Source: Balanoglossus misakiensis
Lineage: Eukaryota > Animalia > Hemichordata
Length of the DNA: 64,000 nucleotides
Direction of reading: 5' to 3'
Assembly: GCA_040954595.2 (NCBI GenBank)
Contig: CM082590.2
Location: forward strand, 868,001 to 932,000
Below are positions 1-14,849 of this stretch, one piece after another; position 1 is the stretch's first letter; each line of letters begins with the position of its first letter. Under the pieces are notes generated by a model. It was given only the letters and a program-made list of their open reading frames with translations, had not been told where the DNA came from and ran no database searches. The translations under genes and the position numbers were made by a program.

Positions 1-199
1 ATTTTAGAACTATCCGTCGATCTACAGAGTCTAGTGGATAACTTTCTTATGCGCATAGGCTTATCATGTGTTATGCGCATCATAACAGAATTATGTAAAC
101 AAATGAGGCTGTTTGGAAGCAACCATGGAAATTTTAGAACTATCCGTCGATCTACACAGTCTAGTGGAAAACTTTCTGATGCGCATTGGTCTATCATGT

Positions 200-1800
200 G
201 TTATGCGCATCACAACAGAATTTTGTAAAAAACGAGGCTTTGTTTGGAAGCAACCATGGAAATTTTAGAACTATGTGTCGATCTACAGAGTCTAGTGGAT
301 AACTTTCTTATGCGCATAGGCTTATCATGTGTTATGCGCATCACAGCAGAATTTTGTAAACAAATGAGGCTGTTTGGAAGCAACCATGGAAATTTTAGAA
401 CTATCCGTCGATCTACAGAGTCTAGTGGAACACTTTCTGATGCGCATTGGCCTATCATGTGTTCTGCGCCTCACAACAGAAATCGGTAAATAAACGAGGC
501 TGTTTGGAAGCAACCATGGAAATTTTAGAACTATTCGTCGATCTACAGAGTCTAGTGGATAACTTTCTTATGCGCATAGGCCTATCATGTGTTATGCGCA
601 TCACAACAGAATTTTGTAAACAAACGAAGCCGTTTGGAAGCAACCATGGAAATTTTAGAACTATCCGTCGATCTACAGAGTCTAGTGGATAACTTCCTTA
701 TGCGCATAGACCTATCATGTGTTATGCGCATCACTACAGAATTTTGTAAACAAACGAGGCTTTGTTTGGAAGCAACCATGGAAATTTTAGAACCATCCGT
801 CGATCTACAGAGTCTAGTGGAAAACTTTCTTATGCGCATTGGCCTATCATGTGTTATGCGCATCACAACAGAATTTTGTAAACAAACGAGGCTTTGTTTG
901 GAAGCAACCATGGAAATTTTAGAACTATCCGTCGATCTACAGAGTCTAGTGGATAACTTTCTTATGCGCATAGGCTTATCATGTGTTATGCGCATCATAA
1001 CAGAATTATGTAAACAAATGAGGCTGTTTGGAAGCAACCATGGAAATTTTAGAACTATCCGTCGATCTACACAGTCTAGTGGAAAACTTTCTGATGCGCA
1101 TTGGCCTATCATGTGTTATGCGCATCACAACAGAATTTTGTAAAAAACGAGGCTTTGTTTGGAAGCAACCATGGAAATTTTAGAACTATCTGTCGATCTA
1201 CAGAGTCTAGTGGATAACTTTCTTATGCGCATAGGCTTATCATGTGTTATGCGCATCACAGCAGAATTTTGTAAACAAATGAGGCTGTTTGGAAGCAACC
1301 ATGGAAATTTTAGAACTATCCGTCGATCTACAGAGTCTAGTGGAACACTTTCTGATGCGCATTGGCCTATCATGTGTTCTGCGCCTCACAACAGAAATCG
1401 GTAAATAAACGAGGCTGTTTGGAAGCAACCATGGAAATTTTAGAACTATTCGTCGATCTACAGAGTCTAGTGGATAACTTTCTTATGCGCATAGGCCTAT
1501 CATGTGTTATGCGCATCACAACAGAATTTTGTAAACAAACGAAGCCGTTTGGAAGCAACCATGGAAATTTTAGAACTATCCGTCGATCTACAGAGTCTAG
1601 TGGATAACTTCCTTATGCGCATAGACCTATCATGTGTTATGCGCATCACTACAGAATTTTGTAAACAAACGAGGCTTTGTTTGGAAGCAACCATGGAAAT
1701 TTTAGAACCATCCGTCGATCTACAGAGTCTAGTGGAAAACTTTCTGATGCGCATTGGTCTATCATGTGTTATGCGCATCACAACAGAATTTTGTAAAAAA
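200..1800. repeat. Local higher-order duplication, period 915 bp (7 monomers)
   Basis: Near-identical variant-bearing ORF translations are offset by 915 (244/1159, 447/1362, 589/1504). Boundaries approximate. Confidence 0.8.
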
Positions 1801-4800
1801 CGAGGCTTTGTTTGGAAGCAACCATGGAAATTTTAGAACTATCTGTCGATCTACAGAGTCTAGTGGATAACTTTCTTATGCGCATAGGCTTATCATGTGT
1901 TATGCGCATCACAACAGAATTTTGTAAACAAATGAGGCTGTTTGGAAGCAACCATGGAAATTTTAGAACTATCCGTCGATCTACAGAGTCTAGTGGAAAA
2001 TTTCTTATGCGCATTAGCCTATCATGTGTTATGCGCATCACAACAGAATTTTGTAAACAAACGAGGCTTTGTTTGGAAGCAACCATGGAAATTTTAGAAC
2101 TATCCGTCGATCTACAGGGTCTAGTGGATAACTTTCTTATGCGCGTAGGCTTATCATGTGTTATGCGCATCACAACAGAATTATGTAAACAAATGAGGCT
2201 GTTTGGAAGCAACCATGGAAATTTTAGAACTATCCGTCGATCTACAGTGTCTAGTGGAAAACTTTCTGAAGCGCATTGGCCTATCATGTGTTATGCGCAT
2301 CACAACAGAATTTTGTAAAATACGAGGCTTTGTTTGGAAGCAACCATGGAAATTTTAGAAGTATCCGTCGATCTACAGAGTCTAGTGGATAACTTTCTTA
2401 TGCGCATAGGCTTATCATGTGTTATGCACATCACAACAGAATTTTGTTAACAAATGAGGCTGTTTGGAAGCAACCATGGGAATTTTAGAACTATCCGTTG
2501 ATCTACAGAGTCTAGTGGAAAACTTTCTGATGCGCATTGGCCTATCATGTGTTATGCGCATCACAACAGAATTTTGTATAAAACGAGGCTTTGTTTGGAA
2601 GCAACCATGGAAATTTTAGAATTATCCGTCGATCTACAGGGTCTAGTGGATAACTTTCTTATGCGCATAGGCCTATCATGTGTTCTGCGCCTCACAACAG
2701 AAATCGGTAAATAAACGAGGCTGTTTGGAAGCAACCATGGACATTTTAGAACTATTCGTCGATCTTCAGAGTCTAGTGGATAACTTTCTTATGCGCATAG
2801 GCCTATCATGTGTTATGCGCATCACAACAGAATTTTGTAAACAAACGAGGCTTTGTTTGGAAGCAACCATGGAAATTTTAGAACTATCCGTCGATCTACA
2901 GAGTCTAGTGGAAAACTTTCTTATGCGCATTGGCCTATCATGTGTTATGCGCATCACAACAGAATTTTGTAAACAAACGAGGCTTTGTTTGGAAGCAACC
3001 ATGGAAATTTTAGAACTATCCGTCGATCTACAGAGTCTAGTGGAAAATTTCTTATGCGCATAGACCTATCATGTGTTATGCGCATCACTACAGAATTTTG
3101 TAAACAAACGAGGCTTTGTTTGGAAGCAACCATGGAAATTTTAGAACCATCCGTCGATCTACAGAGTCTAGTGGAAAACTTTCTTATGCGCAATGGCCTA
3201 TCATGTGTTATGCGCATCACAACAGAATTTTGTAAACAAACGAGGCTTTGTTTGGAAGCAACCATGGAAATTTTAGAACTATCCGTCGATCTACAGAGTC
3301 TAGTGGATAACTTTCTTATGCGCATAGGCTTATCATGTGTTATGCGCATCATAACAGAATTATGTAAACAAATGAGGCTGTTTGGAAGCAACCATGGAAA
3401 TTTTAGAACTATCCGTCGATCTACATAGTCTAGTGGAAAACTTTCTGATGCGCATTGGCCTATCATGTGTTATGCGCATCACAACAGAATTTTGTAAACA
3501 AACGAGGCTTTGTTTGGAAGCAACCATGGAAATTTTAGAACTATCTGTCGATCTACAGAGTCTAGTGGATAACTTTCTTATGCGCATAGGCTTATCATGT
3601 GTTATGCGCATCACAGCAGAATTTTGTAAACAAATGAGGCTGTTTGGAAGCAACCATGGAAATTTTAGAACTATCCGTCGATCTACAGAGTCTAGTGGAA
3701 CACTTTCTGATGCGCATTGGCCTATCATGTGTTCTGCGCCTCACAACAGAAATCGGTAAATAAACGAGGCTGTTTGGAAGCAACCATGGAAATTTTAGAA
3801 CTATTCGTCGATCTACAGAGTCTAGTGGATAACTTTCTTATGCGCATAGGCCTATCATGTGTTATGCGCATCACAACAGAATTTTGTAAACAAACGAAGC
3901 CGTTTGGAAGCAACCATGGAAATTTTAGAACTATCCGTCGATCTACAGAGTCTAGTGGATAACTTCCTTATGCGCATAGAGCTATCATGTGTTATGCGCA
4001 TCACTACAGAATTTTGTAAACAAACGAGGCTTTGTTTGGAAGCAACCATGGAAATTTTAGAACCATCCGTCGATCTACAGAGTCTAGTGGAAAACTTTCT
4101 TATGCGCATTGGCCTATCATGTGTTATGCGCATCACAACAGAATTTTGTAAACAAACGAGGCTTTGTTTGGAAGCAACCATGGAAATTTTAGAACTATCC
4201 GTCGATCTACAGAGTCTAGTGGAAAACTTTCTTATGCGCATTGGCCTATCATGTGTTATGCGCATCACAACAGAATTTTGTAAACAAACGAGGCTTTGTT
4301 TGGAAGCAACCATGGAAATTTTAGAACTATCCGTCGATCTACAGAGTCTAGTGGAAAACTTTCTGATGCGCATTGGCCTATCATGTGTTATGCGCATCAC
4401 AACATAATTTTGTAAACAAACGAGGCTTTGTTTGGAAGCAACCATGGAAATTTTAGAACTATCCGTCGATCTACAGAGTCTAGTGGATAACTTTCTTATG
4501 CGCATAGGCTTATCATGTGTTATGCGCATCACAACAGAATTTTGTTAACAAATGAGGCTGTTTGGAAGCAACCATGGAAATTTTAGAACTATCCGTCGAT
4601 CTACAGAGTCTAGTGGAACACTTTCTGATGCGCATAGACCTATCATGTGTTATGCGCATCACTACAGAATTTTGTAAACAAACGAGGCTTTGTTTGGAAG
4701 CAACCATGGAAATTTTAGAACCATCCGTCGATCTACAGAGTCTAGTGGAAAACTTTCTTATGCGCATTGGCCTATCATGTGTTATGCGCATCACAACAGA

Positions 4801-7800
4801 ATTTTGTAAACAAACGAGGCTTTGTTTGGAAGCAACCATGGAAATTTTAGAACTATCCGTCGATCTACAGGGTCTAGTGGATAACTTTCTTATGCGCATA
4901 GGCTTATCATGTGTTATGCGCATCACAACAGAATTTTGTTAACAAATGAGGCTGTTTGGAAGCAACCATGGAAATTTTAGAACTATCCGTCGATCTACAG
5001 AGTCTAGTGGAAAACTTTCTGATGCGCATTGGCCTATCATGTGTTATGCGCATCACAACAGAATTTTGTAAAATACGAGGCTTTGTTTGGAAGCAACCAT
5101 GGAAATTTTAGAACTATCCGTCGATCTACAGAGTCTAGTGGATAACTTTCTTATGCGCATAGGCTTATCATGTGTTATGCGCATCACAACAGAATTTTGT
5201 TAACAAATGAGGCTCTTTGGAAGCAACCATGGAAATTTTAGAACTATCCGTCGATCTACAGAGTCTAGTGGAAAACTTTCTGATGCGCATTGGCCTATCA
5301 TGTGTTATGCGCATCACAACAGAATTTTGTATAAAACGAGGCTTTGTTTGGAAGCAACCATGGAAATTTTAGAATTATCCGTCGATCTACAGGGTCTAGT
5401 GGATAACTTTCTTATGCGCATAGGCCTATCATGTGTTCTGCGCCTCACAACAGAAATCGGTAAATAAACGAGGCTGTTTGGAAGCAACCATGGACATTTT
5501 AGAACTATTCGTCGATCTACAGAGTCTAGTGGATAACTTTCTTATGCGCATAGGCCTATTATGTGTTATGCGCATCACAACAGAATTTTGTAAACAAATG
5601 AGGCTGTTTGGAAACAACCATGGAAATTTTAGAACTATCCGTCGATCTACAGAGTCTAGTGGAAAACTTTCTGATGCGCATAGGCCTATCATGTGTTCTG
5701 CGCCTCACAACAGAAATCGGTAAATAAACGAGGCTGTTTGGAAGCAACCCTTGAAATTTTAGAACTATCCGTCGATCTACAGAGTCTAGTGGATAACTTT
5801 CTTATGCGCATAGGCTTATCATGTGTTATGCGCATCATAACAGAATTATGTAAACAAATGAGGCTGTTTGGAAGCAACCATGGAAATTTTAGAACTATCC
5901 GTCGATCTACACAGTCTAGTGGAAAACTTTCTGATGCGCATAGGCCTATCATGTGTTCTGCGCCTCACAACAGAAATCGGTAAATAAACGAGGCTGTTTG
6001 GAAGCAACCCTGGAAATTTTAGAACTATCCGTCGATCTACAGAGTCTAGTGGATAACTTTCTTATGCGCATAGGCTTATCATGTGTTATGCGCATCATAA
6101 CAGAATTATGTAAACAAATGAGGCTGTTTGGAAGCAACCATGGAAATTTTAGAACTATCCGTCGATCTACACAGTCTAGTGGAAAACTTTCTGATGCGCA
6201 TTGGTCTATCATGTGTTATGCGCATCACAACAGAATTTTGTAAAAAACGAGGCTTTGTTTGGAAGCAACCATGGAAATTTTAGAACTATGTGTCGATCTA
6301 CAGAGTCTAGTGGATAACTTTCTTATGCGCATAGGCTTATCATGTGTTATGCGCATCACAACAGAATTTTGTAAACAAATGAGGCTGTTTGGAAGCAACC
6401 ATGGAAATTTTAGAACTATCCGTCGATCTACAGAGTCTAGTGGAAAATTTCTTATGCGCATTAGCCTATCATGTGTTATGCGCATCACAACAGAATTTTG
6501 TAAACAAACGAGGCTTTGTTTGGAAGCAACCATGGAAATTTTAGAACTATCCGTCGATCTACAGGGTCTAGTGGATAACTTTCTTATGCGCGTAGGCTTA
6601 TCATGTGTTATGCGCATCACAACAGAATTATGTAAACAAATGAGGCTGTTTGGAAGCAACCATGGAAATTTTAGAACTATCCGTCGATCTACAGAGTCTA
6701 GTGGAAAACTTTCTGAAGCGCATTGGCCTATCATGTGTTATGCGCATCACAACAGAATTTTGTAAAATACGAGGCTTTGTTTGGAAGCAACCATGGAAAT
6801 TTTAGAACTATCCGTCGATCTACAGAGTCTAGTGGATAACTTTCTTATGCGCATAGGCTTATCATGTGTTATGCGCATCACAACAGAATTTTGTTAACAA
6901 ATGAGGCTGTTTGGAAGCAACCATGGGAATTTTAGAACTATCCGTTGATCTACAGAGTCTAGTGGAAAACTTTCTGATGCGCATTGGCCTATCATGTGTT
7001 ATGCGCATCACAACAGAATTTTGTATAAAACGAGGCTTTGTTTGGAAGCAACCATGGAAATTTTAGAATTATCCGTCGATCTACAGGGTCTAGTGGATAA
7101 CTTTCTTATGCGCATAGGCCTATCATGTGTTCTGCGCCTCACAACAGAAATCGATAAATAAACGAGGCTGTTTGGAAGCAACCATGGACATTTTAGAACT
7201 ATTCGTCGATCTACAGAGTCTAGTGGAAAACTTTCTTGTGCGCATTCGCCTATCATGTGTTATGCGCCTCACAACAGAATTTTGTAAAATACGAGGCTTT
7301 GTTTGGAAGCAACCATGGAAATTTTAGAACTATCCGTCGATCTACAGAGTCTAGTGGATAACTTTCTCATGCGCATTGGCCTATCATGTGTTATGCGCAT
7401 CACAACAGAATTTTGTAAAAAACGAGGCTTTGTTTGGAAGCAACCATGGAAACTTTAGAACTATCTGTCGATCTACAGAGTCTAGTGGATAACTTTCTTA
7501 TGCGCATAGGCTTATCATGTGTTATGCGCATCACAGCAGAATTTTGTAAACAAATGAGGCTGTTTGGAAGCAACCATGGAAATTTTAGAACTATCCGTCG
7601 ATCTACAGAGTCTAGTGGAACACTTTCTGATGCGCATTGGCCTATCATGTGTTATGCGCATCACAACAGAATTTTGTATAAAACGAGGCTTTGTTTAGAA
7701 GCAACCATGGAATATTTAGAATTATCCGTCGATCTACAGAGTCTAGTGGATAACTTTCTTATGCGCATAGGCCTATCATGTGTTATGCGCATCACAACAG

Positions 7801-10800
7801 AATTTTGTAAACAAATGAGGCTGTTTGGAAACAACCATGGAAATTATAGAACTATCCGTCGATCTACAGAGTCTAGTGGAAAACTTTCTGATGCGCATAG
7901 GCCTATCATGTGTTCTGCGCCTCACAACAGAAATCGGTAAATAAACGAGGCTGTTTGGAAGCAACCATGTAAATTTTAGAACTATTCGTCGATCTACAGA
8001 GTCTAGTGGATAACTTTCTTATGCGCATAGGCCTATCATGTGTTATGCGCATCACAACAGAATTTTGTAAACAAACGAAGCCGTTTGATAGCAACCATGG
8101 AAATTTTAGAACTATCCGTCGATCTACAGAGTCTAGTGGATAACTTCCTTATGCGCATAGACCTATCATGTGTTATGCGCATCACTACAGAATTTTGTAA
8201 ACAAACGAGGCTTTGTTTGGAAGCAACCATGGAAATTTTAGAACCATCCGTCGATCTACAGAGTCTAGTGGAAAACTTTCTTATGCGCATTGGCCCATCA
8301 TGTGTTATGCGCATCACAACAGAATTTTGTAAACAAACGAGGCTTTGTTTGGAAGCAACCATGGAAATTTTAGAATTATCCGTCGATCTACAGGGTCTAG
8401 TGGATAACTTTCTTATGCGCATAGGCCTATCATGTGTTCTGCGCCTCACAACAGAAATCGGTAAATAAACGAGGCTGTTTGGAAGCAACCATGGACATTT
8501 TAGAACTATTCGTCGATCTACAGAGTCTAGTGGATAACTTTCTTATGCGCATAGGCCTATTATGTGTTATGCGCATCACAACAGAATTTTGTAAACAAAT
8601 GAGGCTGTTTGGAAACAACCATGGAAATTTTAGAACTATCCGTCGATCTACAGAGTCTAGTGGAAAACTTTCTGATGCGCATAGGCCTATCATGTGTTCT
8701 GCGCCTCACAACAGAAATCGGTAAATAAACGAGGCTGTTTGGAAGCAACCCTGGAAATTTTAGAACTATCCGTCGATCTACAGAGTCTAGTGGATAACTT
8801 TCTTATGCGCATAGGCTTATCATGTGTTATGCGCATCATAACAGAATTATGTAAACAAATGAGGCTGTTTGGAAGCAACCATGGAAATTTTAGAACTATC
8901 CGTCGATCTACACAGTCTAGTGGAAAACTTTCTGATGCGCATTGGTCTATCATGTGTTATGCGCATCACAACAGAATTTTGTAAAAAACGAGGCTTTGTT
9001 TGGAAGCAACCATGGAAATTTTAGAACTATCTGTCGATCTACAGAGTCTAGTGGATAACTTTCTTATGCGCATAGGCTTATCATGTGTTATGCGCATCAC
9101 AACAGAATTTTGTAAACAAATGAGGCTGTTTGGAAGCAACCATGGAAATTTTAGAACTATCCGTCGATCTACAGAGTCTAGTGGAAAATTTCTTATGCGC
9201 ATTAGCCTATCATGTGTTATGCGCATCACAACAGAATTTTGTAAACAAACGAGGCTTTGTTTGGAAGCAACCATGGAAATTTTAGAACTATCCGTCGATC
9301 TACAGGGTCTAGTGGATAACTTTCTTATGCGCGTAGGCTTATCATGTGTTATGCGCATCACAACAGAATTATGTAAACAAATGAGGCTGTTTGGAAGCAA
9401 CCATGGAAATTTTAGAACTATCCGTCGATCTACAGAGTCTAGTGGAAAACTTTCTGAAGCGCATTGGCCTATCATGTGTTATGCGCATCACAACAGAATT
9501 TTGTAAAATACGAGGCTTTGTTTGGAAGCAACCATGGAAATTTTAGAACTATCCGTCGATCTACAGAGTCTAGTGGATAACTTTCTTATGCGCATAGGCT
9601 TATCATGTGTTATGCACATCACAACAGAATTTTGTTAACAAATGAGGCTGTTTGGAAGCAACCATGGGAATTTTAGAACTATCCGTTGATCTACAGAGTC
9701 TAGTGGAAAACTTTCTGATGCGCATTGGCCTATCATGTGTTATGCGCATCACAACAGAATTTTGTATAAAACGAGGCTTTGTTTGGAAGCAACCATGGAA
9801 ATTTTAGAATTATCCGTCGATCTACAGGGTCTAGTGGATAACTTTCTTATGCGCATAGGCCTATCATGTGTTCTGCGCCTCACAACAGAAATCGGTAAAT
9901 AAACGAGGCTGTTTGGAAGCAACCATGCACATTTTAGAACTATTCGTCGATCTACAGAGTCTAGTGGATAACTTTCTTATGCGCATAGGCCTATTATGTG
10001 TTATGCGCATCACAACAGAATTTTGTAAACAAATGAGGCTGTTTGGAAACAACCATGGAAATTTTAGAACTATCCGTCGATCTACAGAGTCTAGTGGAAA
10101 ACTTTCTGATGCGCATAGGCCTATCATGTGTTCTGCGCCTCACAACAGAAATCGGTAAATAAACGAGGCTGTTTGGAAGCAACCCTGGAAATTTTAGAAC
10201 TATCCGTCGATCTACAGAGTCTAGTGGATAACTTTCTTATGCGCATAGGCTTATCATGTGTTATGCGCATCATAACAGAATTATGTAAACAAATGAGGCT
10301 GTTTGGAAGCAACCATGGAAATTTTAGAACTATCCGTCGATCTACACAGTCTAGTGGAAAACTTTCTGATGCGCATTGGCCTATCATGTGTTATGCGCAT
10401 CACAACAGAATTTTGTAAAAAACGAGGCTTTGTTTGGAAGCAACCATGGAAATTTTAGAACTATCTGTCGATCTACAGAGTCTAGTGGATAACTTTCTTA
10501 TGCGCATAGGCTTATCATGTGTTATGCGCATCACAACAGAATTTTGTAAACAAATGAGGCTGTTTGGAAGCAACCATGGAAATTTTAGAACTATCCGTCG
10601 ATCTACAGAGTCTAGTGGAACACTTTCTGATGCGCATTGGCCTATCATGTGTTATGCGCATCACAACAGAATTTTGTATAAAACGAGGCTTTGTTTGGAA
10701 GCAACCATGGAATATTTAGAATTATCCGTCGATCTACAGAGTCTAGTGGATAACTTTCTTATGCGCATAGGCCTATCATGTGTTATGCGCATCACAACAG

Positions 10801-13800
10801 AATTTTGTAAACAAATGAGGCTGTTTGGAAACAACCATGGAAATTTTAGAACTATCCGTCGATCTACAGAGTCTAGTGGAAAACTTTCTGATGCGCATAG
10901 GCCTATCATGTGTTCTGCGCCTCACAACAGAAATCGGTAAATAAACGAGGCTGTTTGGAAGCAACCATGTAAATTTTAGAACTATTCGTCGATCTACAGA
11001 GTCTAGTGGATAACTTTCTTATGCGCATAGGCCTATCAAGTGTTATGCGCATCACAACAGAATTTTGTAAACAAATGAGGCTGTTTGGAAGCAACCATGG
11101 AAATTTTAGAACTATCCGTCGATCTACAGAGTCTAGTGGAACACTTTCTGATGCGCATTGGCCTATCATGTGTTATGCGCATCACAACAGAATTTTGTAT
11201 AAAACGAGGCTTTGTTTGTAAGCAACCATGGAATATTTAGAATTATCCGTCGATCTACAGAGTCTAGTGGATAACTTTCTTATGCGCATAGGCCTATCAT
11301 GTGTTATGCGCATCACAACAGAACTTTGTAAACAAATGAGGCTGTTTGGAAACAACCATGGAAATTTTAGAACTATCCGTCGATCTACAGAGTCTAGTGG
11401 AAAACTTTCTGATGCGCATAGGCCTATCATGTGTTCTGCGCCTCACAACAGAAATCGGTAAATAAACGAGGCTGTTTGGAAGCAACCATGTAAATTTTAG
11501 AACTATTCGTCGATCTACAGAGTCTAGTGGATAACTTTCTTATGCGCATAGGCCTATCAAGTGTTAGGCGCATCACAACAGAATTTTGTAAACAAACGAA
11601 GCCGTTTGGAAGCAACCATGGAAATTTTAGAACTATCCGTCGATCTACAGAGTCTAGTGGATAACTTCCTTATGCGCATAGACCTATCATGTGTTATGCG
11701 CATCACTACAGAATTTTGTAAACAAACGAGGCTTTGTTTGGAAGCAACCATGGAAATTTTAGAACCATCCGTCGATCTACAGAGTCTAGTGGAAAACTTT
11801 CTTATGCGCATTGGCCCATCATGTGTTATGCGCATCACAACAGAATTTTGTAAACAAACGAGGCTTTGTTTGGAAGCAACCATGGAAATTTTAGAACTAT
11901 CCGTCGATCTACAGAGTCTAGTGGAAAACTTTCTTATGCGCATTGGCCTATCATGTGTTATGCGCACCACAACAGATTTTTGTAAACAAACGAGGCTTTG
12001 TTTGGAAGCAACCATGGGAATTTTAGAACTATCCGTCGATCTACAGAGTCTAGTGGAAAATTTCTTATGCGCATTAGCCTATCATTTGTTATGCGCATCA
12101 CAACAGAATTTTGTAAACAAACGAGGCTTTGTTTGGAAGCAACCATGGAAATTTTAGAACTATCCGTCGATCTACAGAGTCTAGTGGAAAACTTTCTGAA
12201 GCGCATTGGCCTATCATGTGTTATGCGCATCACAACAGAATTTTGTAAAATACGAGGCTTTGTTTGGAAGCAACCATGGAAATTTTAGAACTATCCGTCG
12301 ATCTACAGGGTCTAGTGGGTAACTTTCTTATGCGCATAGGCCTATCATGTGTTCTGCGCCTCACAACAGAAATCGGTAAATAAACGAGGCTGTTTGGAAG
12401 CAACCATGGAAATTTTAGAACTATTCGTCGATCTACAGAGTCTAGTGGAAAACTTTCTTATGCGCATTAGCCTATCATGTGTTATGCGCATCACAACAGA
12501 ATTTTGTAAACAAACGAGGCTTTGTTTGGAAGCAACCATGGAAATTTTAGAACTATCCGTCGATCTACAGAGTCTAGTGGAAAACTTTCTGAAGCGCATT
12601 GGCCTATCATGTGTTTCGCGCATCACAACAGAATTTTGTAAAATACGAGGCTTTGTTTGGAAGCAACCATGGAAATTTTAGAACTATCCGTCGATCTACA
12701 GAGTCTAGTGGATAACTTTCTTATGCGCATAGGCTTATCATGTGTTATGCGCATCACAACAGAATTTTGTAAACAAATGAGGCTGTTTGGAAGCAACCAT
12801 GTAAATTTTAGAACCATCCGTCGATCTACAGAGTCTAGTGGAAAACTTTCTTATGCGCATTGGCCCATCATGTGTTATGCGCATCACAACAGAATTTTGT
12901 AAACAAACGAGGCTTTGTTTGGAAGCAACCATGGAAATTTTAGAACTATCCGTCGATCTACAGAGTCTAGTGGAAAATTTCTTATGCGCATTAGCCTATC
13001 ATTTGTTATGCGCATCACAACAGAATTTTGTAAAATACGAGGCTTTGTTTGGAAGCAACCATGGAAATTTTAGAACTATCCGTCGATCTACATAGTCTAG
13101 TGGAAAATTTCTTATGCGCATTAGCCTATCATGTGTTATGCGCATCACAACAGAATTTTGTAAACAAACGAGGCTTTGTTTGGAAGCAACCATGGGAATT
13201 TTAGAACTATCCGTCGATCTACAGAGTCTAGTGGATAACTTTCTCATGCGCATAGGCTTATCATGTGTTATGCGTCTCACAACAGTATTCGGTAAACAAA
13301 CGAGGCTGTTTGGAAGCAACCATGGAAATTTTAGAACTATCTGTCGATCTACAGAGTCTAGTGGATAACTTTCTCATGCGCATAGGCTTATCATGTGTTA
13401 TGCGCATCACAACAGAATTTTGTAAACAAATGAGGCTGTTTGGAAGCAACCATGGAAATTTTAGAACTATCCGTCGATCTACAGAGTCTAGTGGATAACT
13501 TTCTCATGCGCATAGGCTTATCATGTGTTATGCGCATCACAGCAGAATTTTGTAAACAAACGAGGCTGTTTTTAAGCAACCATGGAAATTTTAGAACTAT
13601 CCGTCGATCCACAGAGTCTAGTGGAAAACTTTCTGATGCGCATAGGCCTATCATGTGTTCTGCGTCTCACAACAGTATTCGGTAAACAAACGAGGCTGTT
13701 TGGAAGCAACCATGGAAATTTTAGAACTATCTGTCGATCTACAGAGTCTAGTGGATAACTTTCTCATGCGCATAGGCTTATCATGTGTTATGCGCATCAC

Positions 13801-14849
13801 AACAGAATTTTGTAAACAAATGAGGCTGTTTGGAAGCAACCATGGAAATTTTAGAACTATCCGTCGATCTACAGAGTCTAGTGGAAAACTTTCTGATGCG
13901 CATTGGCCTATCATGTGTTATGCGCATCACAACAGAATTTTGTATAATACGAGGCTTTGTTTGGAAGCAACCATGGAAATTTTAGAATTATCCGTCGATC
14001 TACAGGGTCTAGTGGGTAACTTTCTTATGCGCATTAGCCTATCATGTGTTCTGCGCCTCACAACAGAAATCGGTAAATAAACGAGGCTGTTTGGAAGCAA
14101 CCATGGAAATTTTAGAACTATTCGTCGATCTACAGAGTCTAGTGGAAAACTTTCTTATGCGCATTAGCCTATCATGTGTTATGCTCATCACAACAGAATT
14201 TTGTAAACAAACGAGGCTTTGTTTGGAAGCAACCATGGAAATTTTAGAACTATCCGTCGATCTACAGAGTCTAGTGGAAAACTTTCTGAAGCGCATTGGC
14301 CTATCATGTGTTATGCGCATCACAACAGAATTTTGTAAAATACGAGGCTTTGTTTGGAAGCAACCATGGAAATTTTAGAACTATCCGTCGATCTACAGAG
14401 TCTAGTGGATAACTTTCTTATGCGCATAGGCTTATCATGTGTTATGCGCATCACAACAGAATTTTGTAAACAAATGAGGCTGTTTGGAAGCAACCATGTA
14501 AATTTTAGAACTATCCGTCGATCTACAGAGTCTAGTGGAAAACTTTCTGATGCGCATTGGCCTATCATGTGTTATGCGCATCACAACAGAATTTTGTATA
14601 ATACGAGGCTTTGTTTGGAAGCAACCATGGACATTTTAGAACTATTCGTCGATCTACAGAGTCTAGTGGAAAACTTTCTTGTGCGCATTCGCCTATCATG
14701 TGTTATGCGCCTCACAACAGAAATCGGTAAATAAACGAGGCTGTTTGGAAGCAACCATGGAAATTTTAGAACTATTCGTCGATCTACAGAGTCTAGTGGA
14801 AAACTTTCTTGTGCGCATTCGCCTATCATGTGTTATGCGCCTCACAACA